Origin: the human T2T-CHM13v2.0 reference genome, Homo sapiens | Length of the DNA stretch: 64,000 nucleotides | Assembly: GCF_009914755.1 (NCBI RefSeq) | Contig: NC_060929.1 | Strand: one strand, 5' to 3' | Shown: positions 1 to 13,156 of the stretch, piece by piece | How the letters are laid out: the number at the start of each line of letters is the position of its first letter | Position numbering within the stretch: position 1 is the stretch's first letter | Program-made: the position numbers and the translations under genes | Notes under the pieces: model-generated | Database searches by the model: none | Seen by the model: only the letters and a program-made list of their open reading frames with translations | Told to the model about the DNA's origin: nothing

Positions 1-204
1 GTGACCTAAAGAATAGTGCTGACCCACATTTAACTAAAAATCAGAGAAAATCTAGGTCATCTGCTTCCTTCGGAGTCTCTAGTTATAGGGACATGTCTTA
101 GTCCAGAATATTTATGATGATCAAATCCAGATGTGGCTGCTCATGATCCAGCAACCTATGATTGGCTAAATGATATTTTTACCCCTAATATACCTTACAA
201 TGAC

Positions 205-400
205 TGATATTTATTGAAGGCCTCTGTGTACCAGATAAATGAAATGTTTTGCCCTCATTTAATCCTCACAAGTGTGAGGTAGACTCTGTAATCCCCATTT
301 CTCAGATGAGATAACAGGAGTGAATCCAGGTCACATAGTGCAAAGCCTCAGTCCAGATTCAGGGAATATCGCTGATCCCTGTGCTCTTAACCACTCAGCT
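205..400 (-). mobile_element. MIR SINE fragment
   Basis: Reverse MIR core motifs (tttaatcctcacaa...ccccatttctcagatgag...gctcttaaccact); approximate ends. Confidence 0.7.
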
Positions 401-1211
401 GGACTGCTTACATATAGTTACGGAGAGAAAATAGGAGAGTCACTGTAAGAACACTCATTTGGAAATGGGGAGAAGAGGAAGCCCTGGCCTTAAAGTGGGT
501 TCCATGGTGAGTCACTGCTTCCCCAGGTTCTCCTCTGTGATCATCAGCTTACCCATTGTCTTCCATGGCTGCATGTAAGGATTCCCATTCTGGGGGCGCA
601 CGTTTGCTGTAGGCTGAGGGGTCTGAGGACTACTCTAGAGAAGTCTCAAAAGCTTGTTGCCAGGCTAGAGGTTTCTGTGGCAACACCCTTAACTAGCCAG
701 CTACTTGTTGATCTGACTTTGGGTATTGTAGGACTGGTGAGCAATTCCAGCAACCTTGGAAATCTGATCCTTGATCTGAACTCTGCTCTTTTTTTTTTTC
801 TCTTAGCACCAACACAGCCTATTTTCTAGTTCTCAGTTTACTGGCTGCAATGGTCTGGCAGAGATTCTCTTTCCTGCTCCAATACTTTATGATGGTCATA
901 ATGCCTCCTGTGGAATTGCAATTTAGGCAAAGTCACATTCTAAAGTCATCACAGGAAGTCATCATTGCACTTGAAAATCACTTACCACTTCCAAACCACA
1001 CAGTTCTGTTTCTCAATGAGTCTAGTACAGTTAGGTTTTCCTTCCATTATTTCTTAAGTTGTGTACCAGCTGAAACAGCTGGCTTGCAGTTAGGACAATG
1101 TTGTTCAAATATTACATAAATACTAGGATCCCACAGTGAGGGAGCCAACACCAGTGGCAGGAATGACAGGTTCATCTCATACCACTTTTTTCTTCATGAC
1201 AAACGGAATGA

Positions 1212-1445
<234 letters not shown>

Positions 1446-2198
1446 TAGTTACCACCACCACCACCACTCTCCAACAGAACGTGTATAATTCAGTCCAATA
1501 CATGCATGTTGCAACTCCACCAGATTGCTTTTGCCCAGAAGGGTATGCATAAGAGGAGGGGCTTAGAAGGGGATGATCAGGGGTCTCCTGGTTCTCAGGC
1601 TCCTCCCGATCCCCATCGCGTCCATGGTTTTAGAATCTACCCTTTGCTCCTGTGGATCAAGACTGAGAGTTGGGATTTTTAAATGCTGAGAGGGCTTTGA
1701 TTGTTTAATCTCATCCAGTCATGTTTGCTAGCTGCGGAAGAGCGAGTTTCTTTTAGCAAAATCACCTGTTGTCTCCTTTCTACTTTCACAAGGGCCAGCC
1801 TAGCTAGAAGTTTAACCATTTCTTACAGAAAACTTGGTGAAATCTCCAGAAATAGCCAAGTGCATGTCAAGCTATCATGTTCCAAAAGTTTAAAACATAA
1901 GTATACAAATAGAGTAAATAAGTCAAAGATTATGTTCAACTCATTGGTCAGAGAACCAATAGGCAAAAGTGGTTCAAAGGAGAATGAAAGGAATAGGATG
2001 TATGTCTTCACCAGGAAAAGCATTTTTAAATGTTTGCTGAATTAGAGACAGATCCTAACCTGTGGAGTTATCTTTTATACTAGACAGACAATATTTACGT
2101 ATCTAGCAGATGAGGTCTACAGTAAAACATGTAACTTCTTAGAGTCTAAGCCCTTAATAGTAAGTAGTGAAGTCAAAAATGGATACATTTCCCTAGAG

Positions 2199-2590
2199 CA
2201 GTGGTTCCTAAAGTGTGACATGGGAACTTCATGGGGTTCTGCAAAGTCAAAACTACTTTCATTATAATGTTAAGATGTTAGTTGCCTTTTTCACTCATTC
2301 TCTGCCAAGCGTACAGTGGTGTCTTCCAGAAGTTAGTTGACATGTGGTAACCTCATTGCTTCAATGGCTAATGGAATCTATGAAGCTATGAGAATCTGGC
2401 TGTCTTCTACTAAGCCAAATGTTGAAGAGATTTGAAAACATGCAGAGCAATGCCTATCTTCTTACTAATCATTTTTGGAAAATATAGTTATTTTCTTTTT
2501 AAAAAGTTATTTGTATTTACATGCAATGGATTTATTACTATTTGTGATGACTAAACTTTTTAAGAATTTCTATTTTCATATCTAAAAATA
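2199..2590. mobile_element. hAT-Charlie family DNA transposon remnant
   Basis: Starts with cagtggttcctaaagtgtg (hAT TIR-like); internal gtcaaaactactttcattataat and tgagaatctggctgtcttctactaagcc resemble Charlie elements. Confidence 0.55.
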
Positions 2591-3029
2591 GATGGTATAT
2601 CAGTCCACCCCGGACCAATCACCTAGGTCGGGGATAGGGTACTGTGTCCACCCGAACACACCAAGTGGGGAAAGGACAGTTCCTCAAAGAGTAAAAGGTG
2701 CTCTTCTGGCTTCATCTTTTGTTGTAAGAGCTAGGCCATAAAACCACCGTAAGGACTGATGAAGATTGTAGGGGTTAACAATAAGTTTATTCTTGTTAAG
2801 TTGCAGAGCTGGGGTGTGGAGGGGTTGAGGGAGAACAGTGGTAGAGGATACTTTGTTTTCTCTCCCTTGCCATGTCACGAAATGACTTAAGAATCTTTTA
2901 TCAACACTTTGTTAGTAGGAAAGGCAAAAGTCTATCAAGACCAAGATAAACTAGGCTACCCTTGGGGTCAACCAGGCTACCCTTAAAATACATAACTGAG
3001 TTTATTCCTAGTAGTATTTAAGATGACAG

Positions 3030-3215
3030 CCACAGGCTCTGAAGCCAGACTGCCCAAATTCTAATCATCTTCTTGTCATTTGCAAATGAACTTTTCTTGG
3101 CCTCAGTGTCCATATCTGTAAAATGGGAATATAGTTTTCTTACTGATCATTATAAGGTTTAAGTAAGACAATTTATTGAAGAGGTTTAGAACTGTGCCTG
3201 GTACATAACGTTTAT
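3030..3215 (+). mobile_element. MIR SINE
   Basis: ggctctgaagccagactgcc...cctcagtgtccatatctgtaaaatggg...agaactgtgcctggtacata. Confidence 0.75.
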
Positions 3216-5143
3216 ATTGTCCACTATAATGATAATGTTGAAACAAGACTGCTGTATTTATCGTTTAGTTATAAGGTTTACATTTGCTTTTATTGCATGA
3301 ATTGGGTAGCTTGCTACCTTTTCTTTGACATTCTTCATTGTATATCTAGAAATAAGAGTCATCAGATGAATAATAATACAACCTGTCAAATAGTCATTTC
3401 TTGATTGGATTTCTGTTCCCTGGAGGCCACATTCTCTTGGATTTATCACTTCCATTAATTTTCTCAGGTGTCATGGCTGAAGAAACCAAAGCAGAGAAGC
3501 AGTGCTCTAACTGTCCCCTTATTAGAAATAATGACCTAAATCACGTGGAATATGTATTTTTCTCATAATCTCAGAAAAGTACTTAGATATGAATCTATGA
3601 AGATACTCGTTGGTTTCCAAGAGGTTCCACTGTCTTGCAAATAGCAGTTTGTGGATAAAGGAAAAGTCATGCTCGTATCTCCAAGAGGCTTAACTATTCC
3701 AAAACATCAAAGTAACTCTTCTGTTTCTAAAACCATGCCACAAAATTAGCTCATTGGCAGGAAGCTGCATGTGAAGCTCAGATTGCACACAGAGCTGACG
3801 TGTTCTGTTAGATGAACTTGTACTGGAGCAGCTGATAAACAAGAAATATCCCTTGAACTTCTAAAAAAGTGATGAGGTAAAAAGTCAGCAGCTTAGTTCA
3901 GTGAGTGGAAGATTGTTTTCTGCTTACTACAGGAGACCGTGCTTTTTTCAGAGAAGTTAAGAAGTTGAGCATAAAAATACCAGAAGGCCCAACTGTGAGA
4001 GACAAGAGAAGTGTTGATGTAGCTTTCCAGAGAGATTGTGGATTCCTGAAGCTGACTCTGCAGCTCCCTATGAGCACAGACACTTCCCTTGGCCCCCCTG
4101 AGCCTTGCTGCTCAACTCTAGGATGAGGATACTACGATCCCCTTCAGAAGTGTTATGAGATTTCAGTAAGTCAAAATATGTAAACTGGCTGGCGTATAGT
4201 GTTAATTGCTATGAACTCTTTTCTCCCCCTTTCTCCTGAATTAGAAAACAGCGCTCAACCAATCCAGACACCTTGCAGAACTCCTCCCTTCTGCTCACTG
4301 CTCAGGTGCAATTCATCACCCTATCCTATTGACATTTTTCTCAACATCTTTAATCTTCCTACCTTTCACCGGCCCTTTTTCCATGACATCAGTTCAGGGT
4401 TCCAACACTGAGACCGACCATGTCAGGCCTGCCCTAAGCCTAATATGATGGAAAGAAACAGAGTCCAGAGTCCAGCCAGGGAAGAGGTGGGCTCTTTTTG
4501 CTGATTCAAATAATGCATCTGGGCATTATTCAAAGTCTTCCCTCCACCTCCAGAGAGGGGACCCTCCTCCCCTGAATACGACAGCTGCATCCACAAGAAA
4601 TTTGGTTACGTCTATCATTTTTACACTGTGCCTCCCTGCTAGTTTCTTTGCTAGCTCTTCAGCAGACCCAAGCAGTGGCCAGTTAAACTGAATCCAAATC
4701 ATCATTCTGGCCCTCTAACTTAGACTGGGACTTTGTTGATTAGCCAAGATCAGTTGTGTTTTTCTCGCACATTATTGCAAAAGGTTTCTAATCTGTCTTC
4801 TTGCCTTCTGTTATACCTGTCTCTATACTAAAGCCAGGGTGAAGTTCAAAAGACAGATTTGATCTTATCGCTTTTCTGCTTAAAACCATTCCTTGGCTGC
4901 ATTCCAAGTTCTTCAGCAACTTCTGAGCCCTTCACGCCTCTCTCTAGGTTCATTTTCAGCCACCACTTGCCATGCCTGGAGCTCTATACTCCAGTCAGAC
5001 TAACCATTGGCACAGTGGGCTCTTTTGCTTCCAGGCAGTGGAACATGCCATTCTCTCTGGCTGGCCTTTGACTTTCCTCCTTGTCATGAACTCATAATTT
5101 TACATTGCTGCAGCATCTACTTTGACTGAAACTTAAACTCTTT

Positions 5144-6331
5144 CATACCAGAAGCAGGGCTCAGTCACCCTTGACAGAGTTTCCAGTTCTACACTTCCTC
5201 CCAGTTCCTCAACCTGGTCAATCCAGATATCTGCCTGATAATGGTTTGGCTGTGTCCCCACCCAAATCTCATCTTGAATTGTAGCTCCCATAATTTTCAT
5301 GTGTTGTGGGAGGGACACAGTGGGAGATAATTGAATCATGGGGGCGGTTCCCCCATACTGTTCTCATGGTAGTGAATAAGACTCACGAGATCTGATGATT
5401 TTATAAGGGGAAACCCCTTTCACTTGGCTCTCATTCTCTCTTGACTGCCACCATGTAAGACATGTCTTTCACCTTCTACCATGATTGTGAGGCCTCCCCA
5501 GCCATGTGGAACTGTGGGTCCATTAAACCTCTTTTTCTTTATAAATTATCCAGTCTCAAGTATGTCTTTATCAGCAGCATGAAAATGGACTTATACATTG
5601 CCTTATACAACTGCCTCCTGGTGACCACCTCCCTATGGGACCACCTCCCAATGCAGCCTACTTGAATCACCTTACTGACCCACGTACCTAACATGGACTG
5701 TGCAGATATGCCATAGTGACCAGTCCCAGTGTGACTGCATGAGACATGGACCTGCTTGCTCCAAACCCACCAAGTAGAATTACCCACGGGAAACTGGGTA
5801 ATGCCCTGGTCCCCAGTAAAGGCTTTAGTCCCACAGGTTCTCTCTCTCTTGCTCCCCACTCCTTGGTTGAGTGCATGTGTCCTGGACAGCTCTTCTCATC
5901 CCACTGGCCCTGTGAGGCAAGGCGTGCTGCCCTCTTCTCTCTGGGTCTGTAGGTAATGCACTGCTTTTGTTATTTAATGTGTTTGTTGCACTGCCTCCTC
6001 TGTGTCTCACCCCACGGACACAGTCGAACCTAACTCTTCTCCCCGTCAGAGCTCTCCTACAGAGTGGCTATCTTGGTAAGAATGCACTGGACACAGGTCA
6101 GACAAGAGCCACAAGGGTGTCTGCCAATATAAACAAGTTTCCTGTGAGAGGGACACCTGGTCATGAGTCAGACACTTAGGCATGAGGCCATTGACCAGGG
6201 TAAAGTAGTATCCCATGAAAGGCACACTGTAAATACTCATGACCGCCTTTCCTGTAGCCCCATCAGGGCAGGACTAGAATTTATAACCCCTCTCCAGGGA
6301 GAGCCCTCCAGACCAGATTAGAGGAAAGTAC
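5144..6331 (+). mobile_element. ERVL-class solo LTR (MER54-like, tentative), split by THE1
   Basis: Sequence reads on across the THE1 insertion (gatatctgcc|ttatacaactgcc); LTR-like body ending ...ggaaagtaca. Confidence 0.55.
5236..5597 (+). mobile_element. THE1 (THE1C-like) MaLR solo LTR
   Basis: tgataatggtttggctgtgtccccacccaaatctc...ggacttataca; 5-bp TSD ctgcc/ttgcc. Confidence 0.9.
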
Positions 6332-8019
6332 AGCACTCTTCAAGAAGCAGCTCAGAAAGACCTCCTCCAGGAAGTTTTCTCTGATGCCACAGGTCTGGAT
6401 TAGGGTCCCTCTCTGCTGTGCCCCTCTGTGCTCACCAGCTTGGCCGTTTCATGTCCTCACTATGCTGGTGTCACCTGGTAACACACTTGAGTTACCTGGT
6501 TTTGTTCTGTGGTCTACACCAATCTGGGAGCTCCTTAGGGGTAGTAACCTTAGACAAGGCTTGCAACATAATCAGCAATTAATATTAATGTCTGAGTCAA
6601 TGAATAAGTGAATGAATGAAGCAAAGAACTGGTTTGGTTTCTCTTATGAACACTATGGGTTGTGTAATAATTTTGTTTCCCACTTATTCATCACTGATGA
6701 GGGAAGGACTACCAAGAGATTATGGCAGATATTTAAGGTATTAGGTGAACCCATGGATCCCACTCCTACATGCTGTTGCTTCACTGATAACTGTAGTATA
6801 GTATCAGTACATTTGTAGAACTAAAGGGGAGTGCCAAAATATTTTAAAAATAAATGAATTTATCACTGTGAAAAAGCCAAATGAACCTCTGCTATTAATG
6901 CCTTATCTTGTCAAGTGTCTAAGGACTGTGTGACTCAAAAACCCATGCTTTTTAAACATTATGAATTGGGAAACTGCAGTTATTACTTGTGACTTTTTCC
7001 AACTAGCAAAGTCTTACTGTTTCCTGATGACACAGCTCAAAAGTCACCTTCTCTGTAAAACTCCTGTGACATCCCATCACCACACTCCTCCTGTAGCCCT
7101 TCCACCTGATCTGTTGGACGATCCCACTGTCATTTATTTGATTTCCCCATTAGATTGAGTAACTGACAATCACTTTCATACCTCTAGTGGCTTATCTTAT
7201 TTGTGAGCAGCTTGGAGTTTTCAATACAGGATTTACTTCATGAAGGGATGAATGAAAAGATTAAATCTATAAAGGGGGAAGGCTGCTGGTGACAGGGGAA
7301 TAGCTCAAAGGGGTTATAGGCATGGAGCATTATTAGGATTGGAGCTTTTTGGAACGTGTGACTTGGTTGAGTGTTCTAGTTGTAACAACTACACACTAAT
7401 ATGATTTGCATGGCATGTTTCATGTATGCTTGAATTCTTGAGACCTAACTTATAATAACCATTATTTCATTATTTCCTTCATGCTAAGGATTAAGGTTAA
7501 TGATGATTTGAAGAGAGGATCATTTATTAAAGTGCTTATTGATTCAGTGAATACTTACTGATTATCTAGGGCAGGGCAACACCATGTGTAGTGGCCCTGG
7601 AGCTCCTGCGGACCCTGGCTCAGGAAGGTGGTGGGGGCTTGGTTTGAAATGCTTAAGTCAAGGAAAAAAAGAGAGGTAGTGTTTAGTTAGGTGTCTAAGT
7701 ATTTGCTTAAGGAACTGGCCACCTGCTTGTCCAAGTTCAGGCTGTTATCTTAACTGCCCTTTAAATGCTTCTAGGTTGCTTTTATTCTTTGAGGATTAGT
7801 GAACAATTCAGTCCCACAGGTGTCTGCTGTTTTGAGAAAATAGTGCCGAAAAGTACACGAATGCGGGCAAATCCTTATTTGTTAAAACCTCCAGTCTTTC
7901 AAGAGATCCTTTTCCCAGACACGTGACTGAGGGTTCGCATAATCCCATTTCTGCTTAACCCGAGTCACTCCCAACTTCACACCAACAGAAGGATCCTAGG
8001 ATAGACCCATTCATCCGTC

Positions 8020-8066
8020 CATCCTTCCTTCCTGCTTCCTTCCTCCCTCCCTCCTTCCCTCCCCTT
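8020..8066. repeat. (CCTT)/(CCCT) polypyrimidine simple repeat
   Basis: Directly visible. Confidence 0.8.
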
Positions 8067-8244
8067 CACCCCCCACCACCTGCCTTCGAATTAAACTGTA
8101 ATCCTGATTTACTTCATTCCTTTCTTGTTTGACATTTCTCAGATTTCACGATAAGAGGGAAGCGAAGAAAAAAGCACGTGACTTGAAAATGTTTTTCTCT
8201 TTTTAAAGCCACATCTTTCTGCTTCATTTTGATTTCAGTGTAAC

Positions 8245-8450
8245 TCGCCGAGTGAGGACTCTTGGCCCACGCTGGGAGCCCGCAGCCGGCATCCGCCACC
8301 GCCGGGCAGGTGTGCGCTGGGCGGGCGCGCGGACTCGCCTTTGCCCGGCCCGCGGCTCCCCCGTGTGGCCTGAGTAGGTAGTGATGCGAATAACATGCTT
8401 TGAGAAGTCAGAAGGCTGGCGTCTCTTCCTCCGGAGCTCACGGAGGAGTC
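8245..8450. promoter_or_regulatory. Small CpG-rich, promoter-like island
   Basis: The most CpG-dense, GC-rich non-repeat patch in the window; GC box gggcggg at 8319-8325; CACGTGAC E-boxes at 7920-7927 and 8176-8183. Confidence 0.65.
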
Positions 8451-8664
8451 TCTCTGGTTTCCTTTCTCAGAGGCAAAAAATTTCCAGTTGGTCTCAGGCT
8501 AACATGGACTCTGGCAGAGGAATTGAATGATGGCCGATTTCAAGAAAGCAAAACAAACTCCTGCCGGGGAGACAGTTTGGGGTCGAATGATTTCATGATG
8601 CCCAAGACCACTCCTGCCACACAAGCGAGGGGAAAGAGCGGGGAAGGTTCTAGATGAGCTGGAT

Positions 8665-8870
8665 CCCCGCTAGGTGCCAGGCATCTGACATGCATTATTT
8701 AATCTTACTGTACCCCAAGCTAGATAGGAATAGTCACCTCATTTTACAGAAGAGGAATAGTCACCTCATTTTACAGAAGAGGAAACAGATTCTCTGAGGT
8801 CCGCAGTCTCAAAATGGTGTAACAAGGGTTCAAACTGTGACCAGGCTGACTCCAAATCCCATACACTTGG
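8665..8870 (-). mobile_element. MIR SINE with internal 27-bp tandem duplication
   Basis: cctcattttacagaagaggaaacaga MIR core; duplication at 8726-8779. Confidence 0.7.
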
Positions 8871-8897
8871 CATGACAAGACCTCATACAAGAGAGGC

Positions 8898-9216
8898 GTC
8901 TCGGTCCCTTTGTGTTGCTGTAAACAGAGTACCTGAGTCAGAGTAATTTGTAAAGAACAAAAATGTATTTATCACAGTTCCGGAGACAGGTTCAATGTCT
9001 AGGGAGGGCCCCCATCTCTGCTTCCAAGATGGCACCTCGAACCCCATCCTCACATGGAGGAAAGGCAAAAAGGACAAGAAGAGATGAACTTGCCCCCTCT
9101 AGCCATTTTATAAGATGCTAATCACCTTCCTATAGGATGCATGTTTAATCCTGTTGCACAGGGGATTCACTTTCAACATGAATTTTGGAAGGGACACAAA
9201 CATTCTAACCATAGTA
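8898..9216 (-). mobile_element. MST/MLT1A-type MaLR LTR
   Basis: tttcaacatgaattttggaagggacacaaacattctaaccatag terminus; ttccaagatggcacc. Confidence 0.75.
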
Positions 9217-9720
9217 AGGTGAGGATCTCCTGCTCAGTTCTCTCCTTCTGTTGGAGATAGACGTCAGGCTCCAGAGAAAGCTGCTTATATCTCAAGTCCA
9301 ATAACCTCACGTCTGCATGGCCCATCTGAGTTACATGAGTGTGGAGTGTGGCATTCTGATCTCTGCATTGCAAAGTATGTTGCGTAATCTCGAGAACAGT
9401 CCTATGAGATGATTTTTTTATTGGCAATTTAATCATAAAATGAAGAGAGAGATGAAGTCACCTGCTTAAAGTTCTGACAGCTAGCAAATGTGCATGAATT
9501 TGTCTTTTTCAGGTCTAGTGGTGTGAAATCAATTTTAATTATCATATCAAGTTGTCTTACATCTACCTCTGTAGACTAGTTTTGAAAAATTTGTTAAATG
9601 AGGGAGGTGGGGATCCTAAAGTTCCCTTCTAGCCCCTGAGTTCTGAGTTCTGGTTCTTGAGTGCTGTCACATATGTTTCTCCTCTCATCTTCCCAGTGCT
9701 GTAATCTGGGGGTACCAGGG

Positions 9721-10104
9721 TGATATGGTTTGGCTTTGCGTCCCCACTCAAATCTCATCTTGAATTGCAATCCCCATAATCCCCCCATATATAGGAAAGT
9801 GACCTGATGGAAGGTGACTGGATCATGGGGGCAGTTTCCCCCATGCTGTTCTGGTGATAGTGAGTTCTCACGAGATCTGATGGCTTTGTAAGTGTTTGAC
9901 AGTGCCTCCCTCACACGCTCACACTTTCTCTCCTGCCACCATGTAAGATGTGCCTGCTTCCCCTTCTGCCATGATTGTAAGTTTTCTGAGGCCTCCCCAT
10001 CAATGTGGAGCAGTGAGTCAATAAAACCTGTTTTCTTTAGAAGTTATCCAGTCTCTTTATAAATTACCCATTTCTTCATAGCAGCGTGAAAACGGACTAA
10101 TGCA
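9721..10104 (+). mobile_element. THE1D-like MaLR solo LTR
   Basis: tgatatggtttggc...aacggactaatgca; perfect TSD caggg (9716-9720 / 10105-10109). Confidence 0.9.
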
Positions 10105-10507
10105 CAGGGGTATAGAGTTTGGTGACTAGCCATTGGACACACAGGCAGTCTCTGCCCCATCTAAGCCTGGGATGCAGGTTCCTTGACTGTGGACCTTGCA
10201 TTGTGGGCTATTTACTGTTTGGCCTCATCTTGCCCCTTTTCTTTGATGAGACTCAACATTTCCCTTTGGGATGAGGCACTTTCTCTCTGGCTAGGGTGGG
10301 GCTGATCCACTCAGGCTTTGATGGTGTTTATATGACTCTGGCCTGGGTTGTCAAAGTGATTGGTCCGTAAACAAAATCCTGCTCTAAGTTGGGCTAAGAG
10401 CAGGCAGCTGCAGCTTCTAGCCCCTTTGGGAGAGAAGTGTGCTTATAGTTTTAGCTTCTAGCCCCTTTGGTATGGAAGTGTGCTTTTGACTGCATTTGCT
10501 AGTGTGG

Positions 10508-10890
10508 CTTTTATGGACTGAAGATTCGTATACCCCCTCCACCCCCTAGTATTCATCTGTTGAAGCCCTAATCCCCAATGTGACTATATTTAGACATGGG
10601 GCTTTTACAGAAGTAATTAAAGTAAGGTAATAAGGATAGGGCCTAGATCCCACAGGATGAGAGTACATAGAAGAGGAAGAGAAACCAGAGGTTGCTCCCT
10701 CTCCACATGCTTGCACTGAGGAAAGGCATGCACTGTGGACAGAAAACACAGCGGGTGGCCAGGTGCAAATCAGGAAGAGTCCTCACAGGAACCAAACCTT
10801 GCTGGCACCTTGATCTTAGACTTCTCAGCTGCTGGAACTGTGAGAAATACATTTCTGTGATTTAAGCCACTCACTCTAATGGTATCTTAC
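10508..10890 (+). mobile_element. MLT1A-type MaLR LTR
   Basis: tatggactgaa...gaagccctaatccccaatgtg...ggcaccttgatcttagacttc...actgtgagaaatacatttctg. Confidence 0.8.
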
Positions 10891-11049
10891 TATGGCAGCT
10901 TGAACTAACACAGTGGTAAAAGGTCAGCTGGGGGCTACTAGTCATCATCTCTGCCACCAAGTGAGAAAGCCAACAGAGGCAAGAAGAGCTGAGAGTGGGA
11001 GTGACAAGGGGTGTGGACCCCTGGACTGTTCATGATCCAAGCCAATACG

Positions 11050-12730
11050 TTTTAACCAGCTTTGATATATCGTTCATATACAACTTCCCCTCTTAAAGTG
11101 TATAATTCAATGGATTTTTATATATTCACAGATATATACACAGGTGCAACTATCACCAGAGTCATATTAGAATATTTCTCTCACCTCAGAAAGAGCCCCC
11201 ATTTCTTCTGTTTACTCCCCTATGTTCCCATCCTTCCCAGCCCTAAGCAATCACAAATCTACTTTGTTTAACATTTGCCTATTCTGTATACTTCATATAA
11301 ACAGAATAATATGGCTTGTGTGTCCGGCTTCTTTTACTTAGCATAATATTTCCAAGTTTCATCCATGTTATGGTGTATGTCAGTACTTCATTTCTATGGC
11401 TGAATAATATTCTGTCCTATGGATATATGACATTTTGTTAATCCATTCATCAGTTGAATGTTTGGATGTTTCCACCTTTTGTCTATTAGGAATATTTTGT
11501 GTTCATTTATGTAGATATGTTTTTATTTTTCATGAGTGGATTTGAATGGAACTTCTCTTGACTAGAATTCCACCTTAAGAACGAAATCACTGACTCATAT
11601 GACCATGTTTAATTTTTGAGGAATTGCCAGGCCTTATTCCAAAGTGGCTACATTATTTACATTCCCACCCACACTGTATGAGGGGCTCTGATTTCTCAAT
11701 ATCCCTGCCAATACTTATTAATATCCAACTTTATTCATTCTAGCCATCCTAGTAGATGTGGTGGTATCTCACTGTGGTTTTGATTTGCATTTCCCTGATG
11801 AATAATGATGTCAAGCATCTTTCCATATGTTTATTGACCATTCTGTATCTTCCTTGGGGAAAGGTTTATTCAGATCCTTTGCCCATTTTACTTTATACAT
11901 TCTATATACAAATTTCTTATCAGAACTTTTCCTTTGTTTTGCTTGTGCTTTTTATGTTAAATGCAAGAATTTATTGCCAAATCTAAGGCCATGAAGATTT
12001 GTCCTTAGGTTTTCTTCTAATAGTTTTGTAGCTTTAGCTTCTATATTTAGGTATTTAATTCATTTTAAATTAATTTTTGTATATGGCATGAGATAAGAGT
12101 TGAGCTTCATTCTTTTGCTTGTGGCTATCCAGCTGTCCCAGCACCATGTGTTGAAAACACTCTCCTTTCCCTATTGAATGGCCTTGACATCTTTATTGAA
12201 AATGAAAATGAGTCGACCACAAACACAAGGATGTATTTCTGAACTCTTAGTTCCGTTCCACTGATCCTTGTGCCAGTACCACAGTGTCTTGATTACTGTT
12301 GCTTTATTGTAAGCTTTGAAGTCAGAAAATGTGAGTGCATGCACTTTGCTTATATTTTCAAGATTGTGTTGGTTATTCTGGTTGACTTGCAATTTTGTAT
12401 GAATTTTGAAGTCAGCATGTCAGTTTCTACAAAGAAGTCACATGGGATTCTGATAGAGATTATGTTACATCTGTAGATCAATTTGGGGAGTTCTGCTATC
12501 TTAATGTTAAGTTTTCTGATCCATGAACATGGATGTCTTTCAATTTATTTAGATTCTCTTGAGTTTGTTTCAACAACATGTTGTGGCTTTCAAAGTATGT
12601 TTGGCATTCTTTTTTGTTAAATTTATTCCTAGGTATATTATTCTTGTTGAAGCTATTGTGAATGGAATTGTTTTCTTAATATTATTTTTGAATAGATCAT
12701 TCCAAGTGTGTAGAAATACAATTTTTGTAT
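11050..12730 (-). mobile_element. L1M (L1MB-like) 3' fragment
   Basis: Minus-strand ORF2 remnant [24 protein letters not shown] at 12171-12392; L1 3' UTR at left. Confidence 0.9.
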
Positions 12731-12804
12731 TTTGAGCCCATCTATATTTGTTTACCTTAATTCTGCTTGAATTGTGTTTTTGGTATTTGGAACTGAAAAA
12801 ATGC

Positions 12805-13156
12805 TGTATTAGTCCGTTTTCACGCTGCTGATGAAGACATATCTGAGACTGGGAAGAAAAATAGGTTTAATGGACTCACAGTTGCACATGGATTGTGAGG
12901 AAGGCCTCACAATCATGGCGGAAGACGAAAGGCACTTCTTACGTGGTGGCAGCAAGAGAATGAGAAAAAAGTGAAAACAGAAACCCCTTATAAAGCCATC
13001 AGATCTCCTGACTTATTCACTCACACAAGAACAGTATGGGGGAACTATCCCCATGATTCAATTATCTCCCACTAGGTCCCTTCCACAACATGTGGGAATC
13101 ATGGGAGAACAATTCAATATAATATTTGGGTGGGGACACAGAACCAAACCATATCA
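12805..13156 (-). mobile_element. THE1A-like MaLR solo LTR
   Basis: tgtattagtccgttttcacgctgctg...ccaaaccatatca; perfect TSD aatgc (12800-12804 / 13157-13161). Confidence 0.9.

Larger units (their letters stand above)
4700..6620 (+). mobile_element. L2 LINE 3' remnant, interrupted by LTRs (L2 parts ~4700-5100 and ~6335-6620)
   Basis: L2-like cttttctgcttaaaaccattcc and cctccaggaagttttctctga; terminates in the (tgaa)n L2 tail at ~6600-6620. Confidence 0.55.

Noticed and set aside
2949-2984. 15-bp near-tandem duplication aaYYaggctaccctt
   Set aside because: Ordinary small slippage event with no further context
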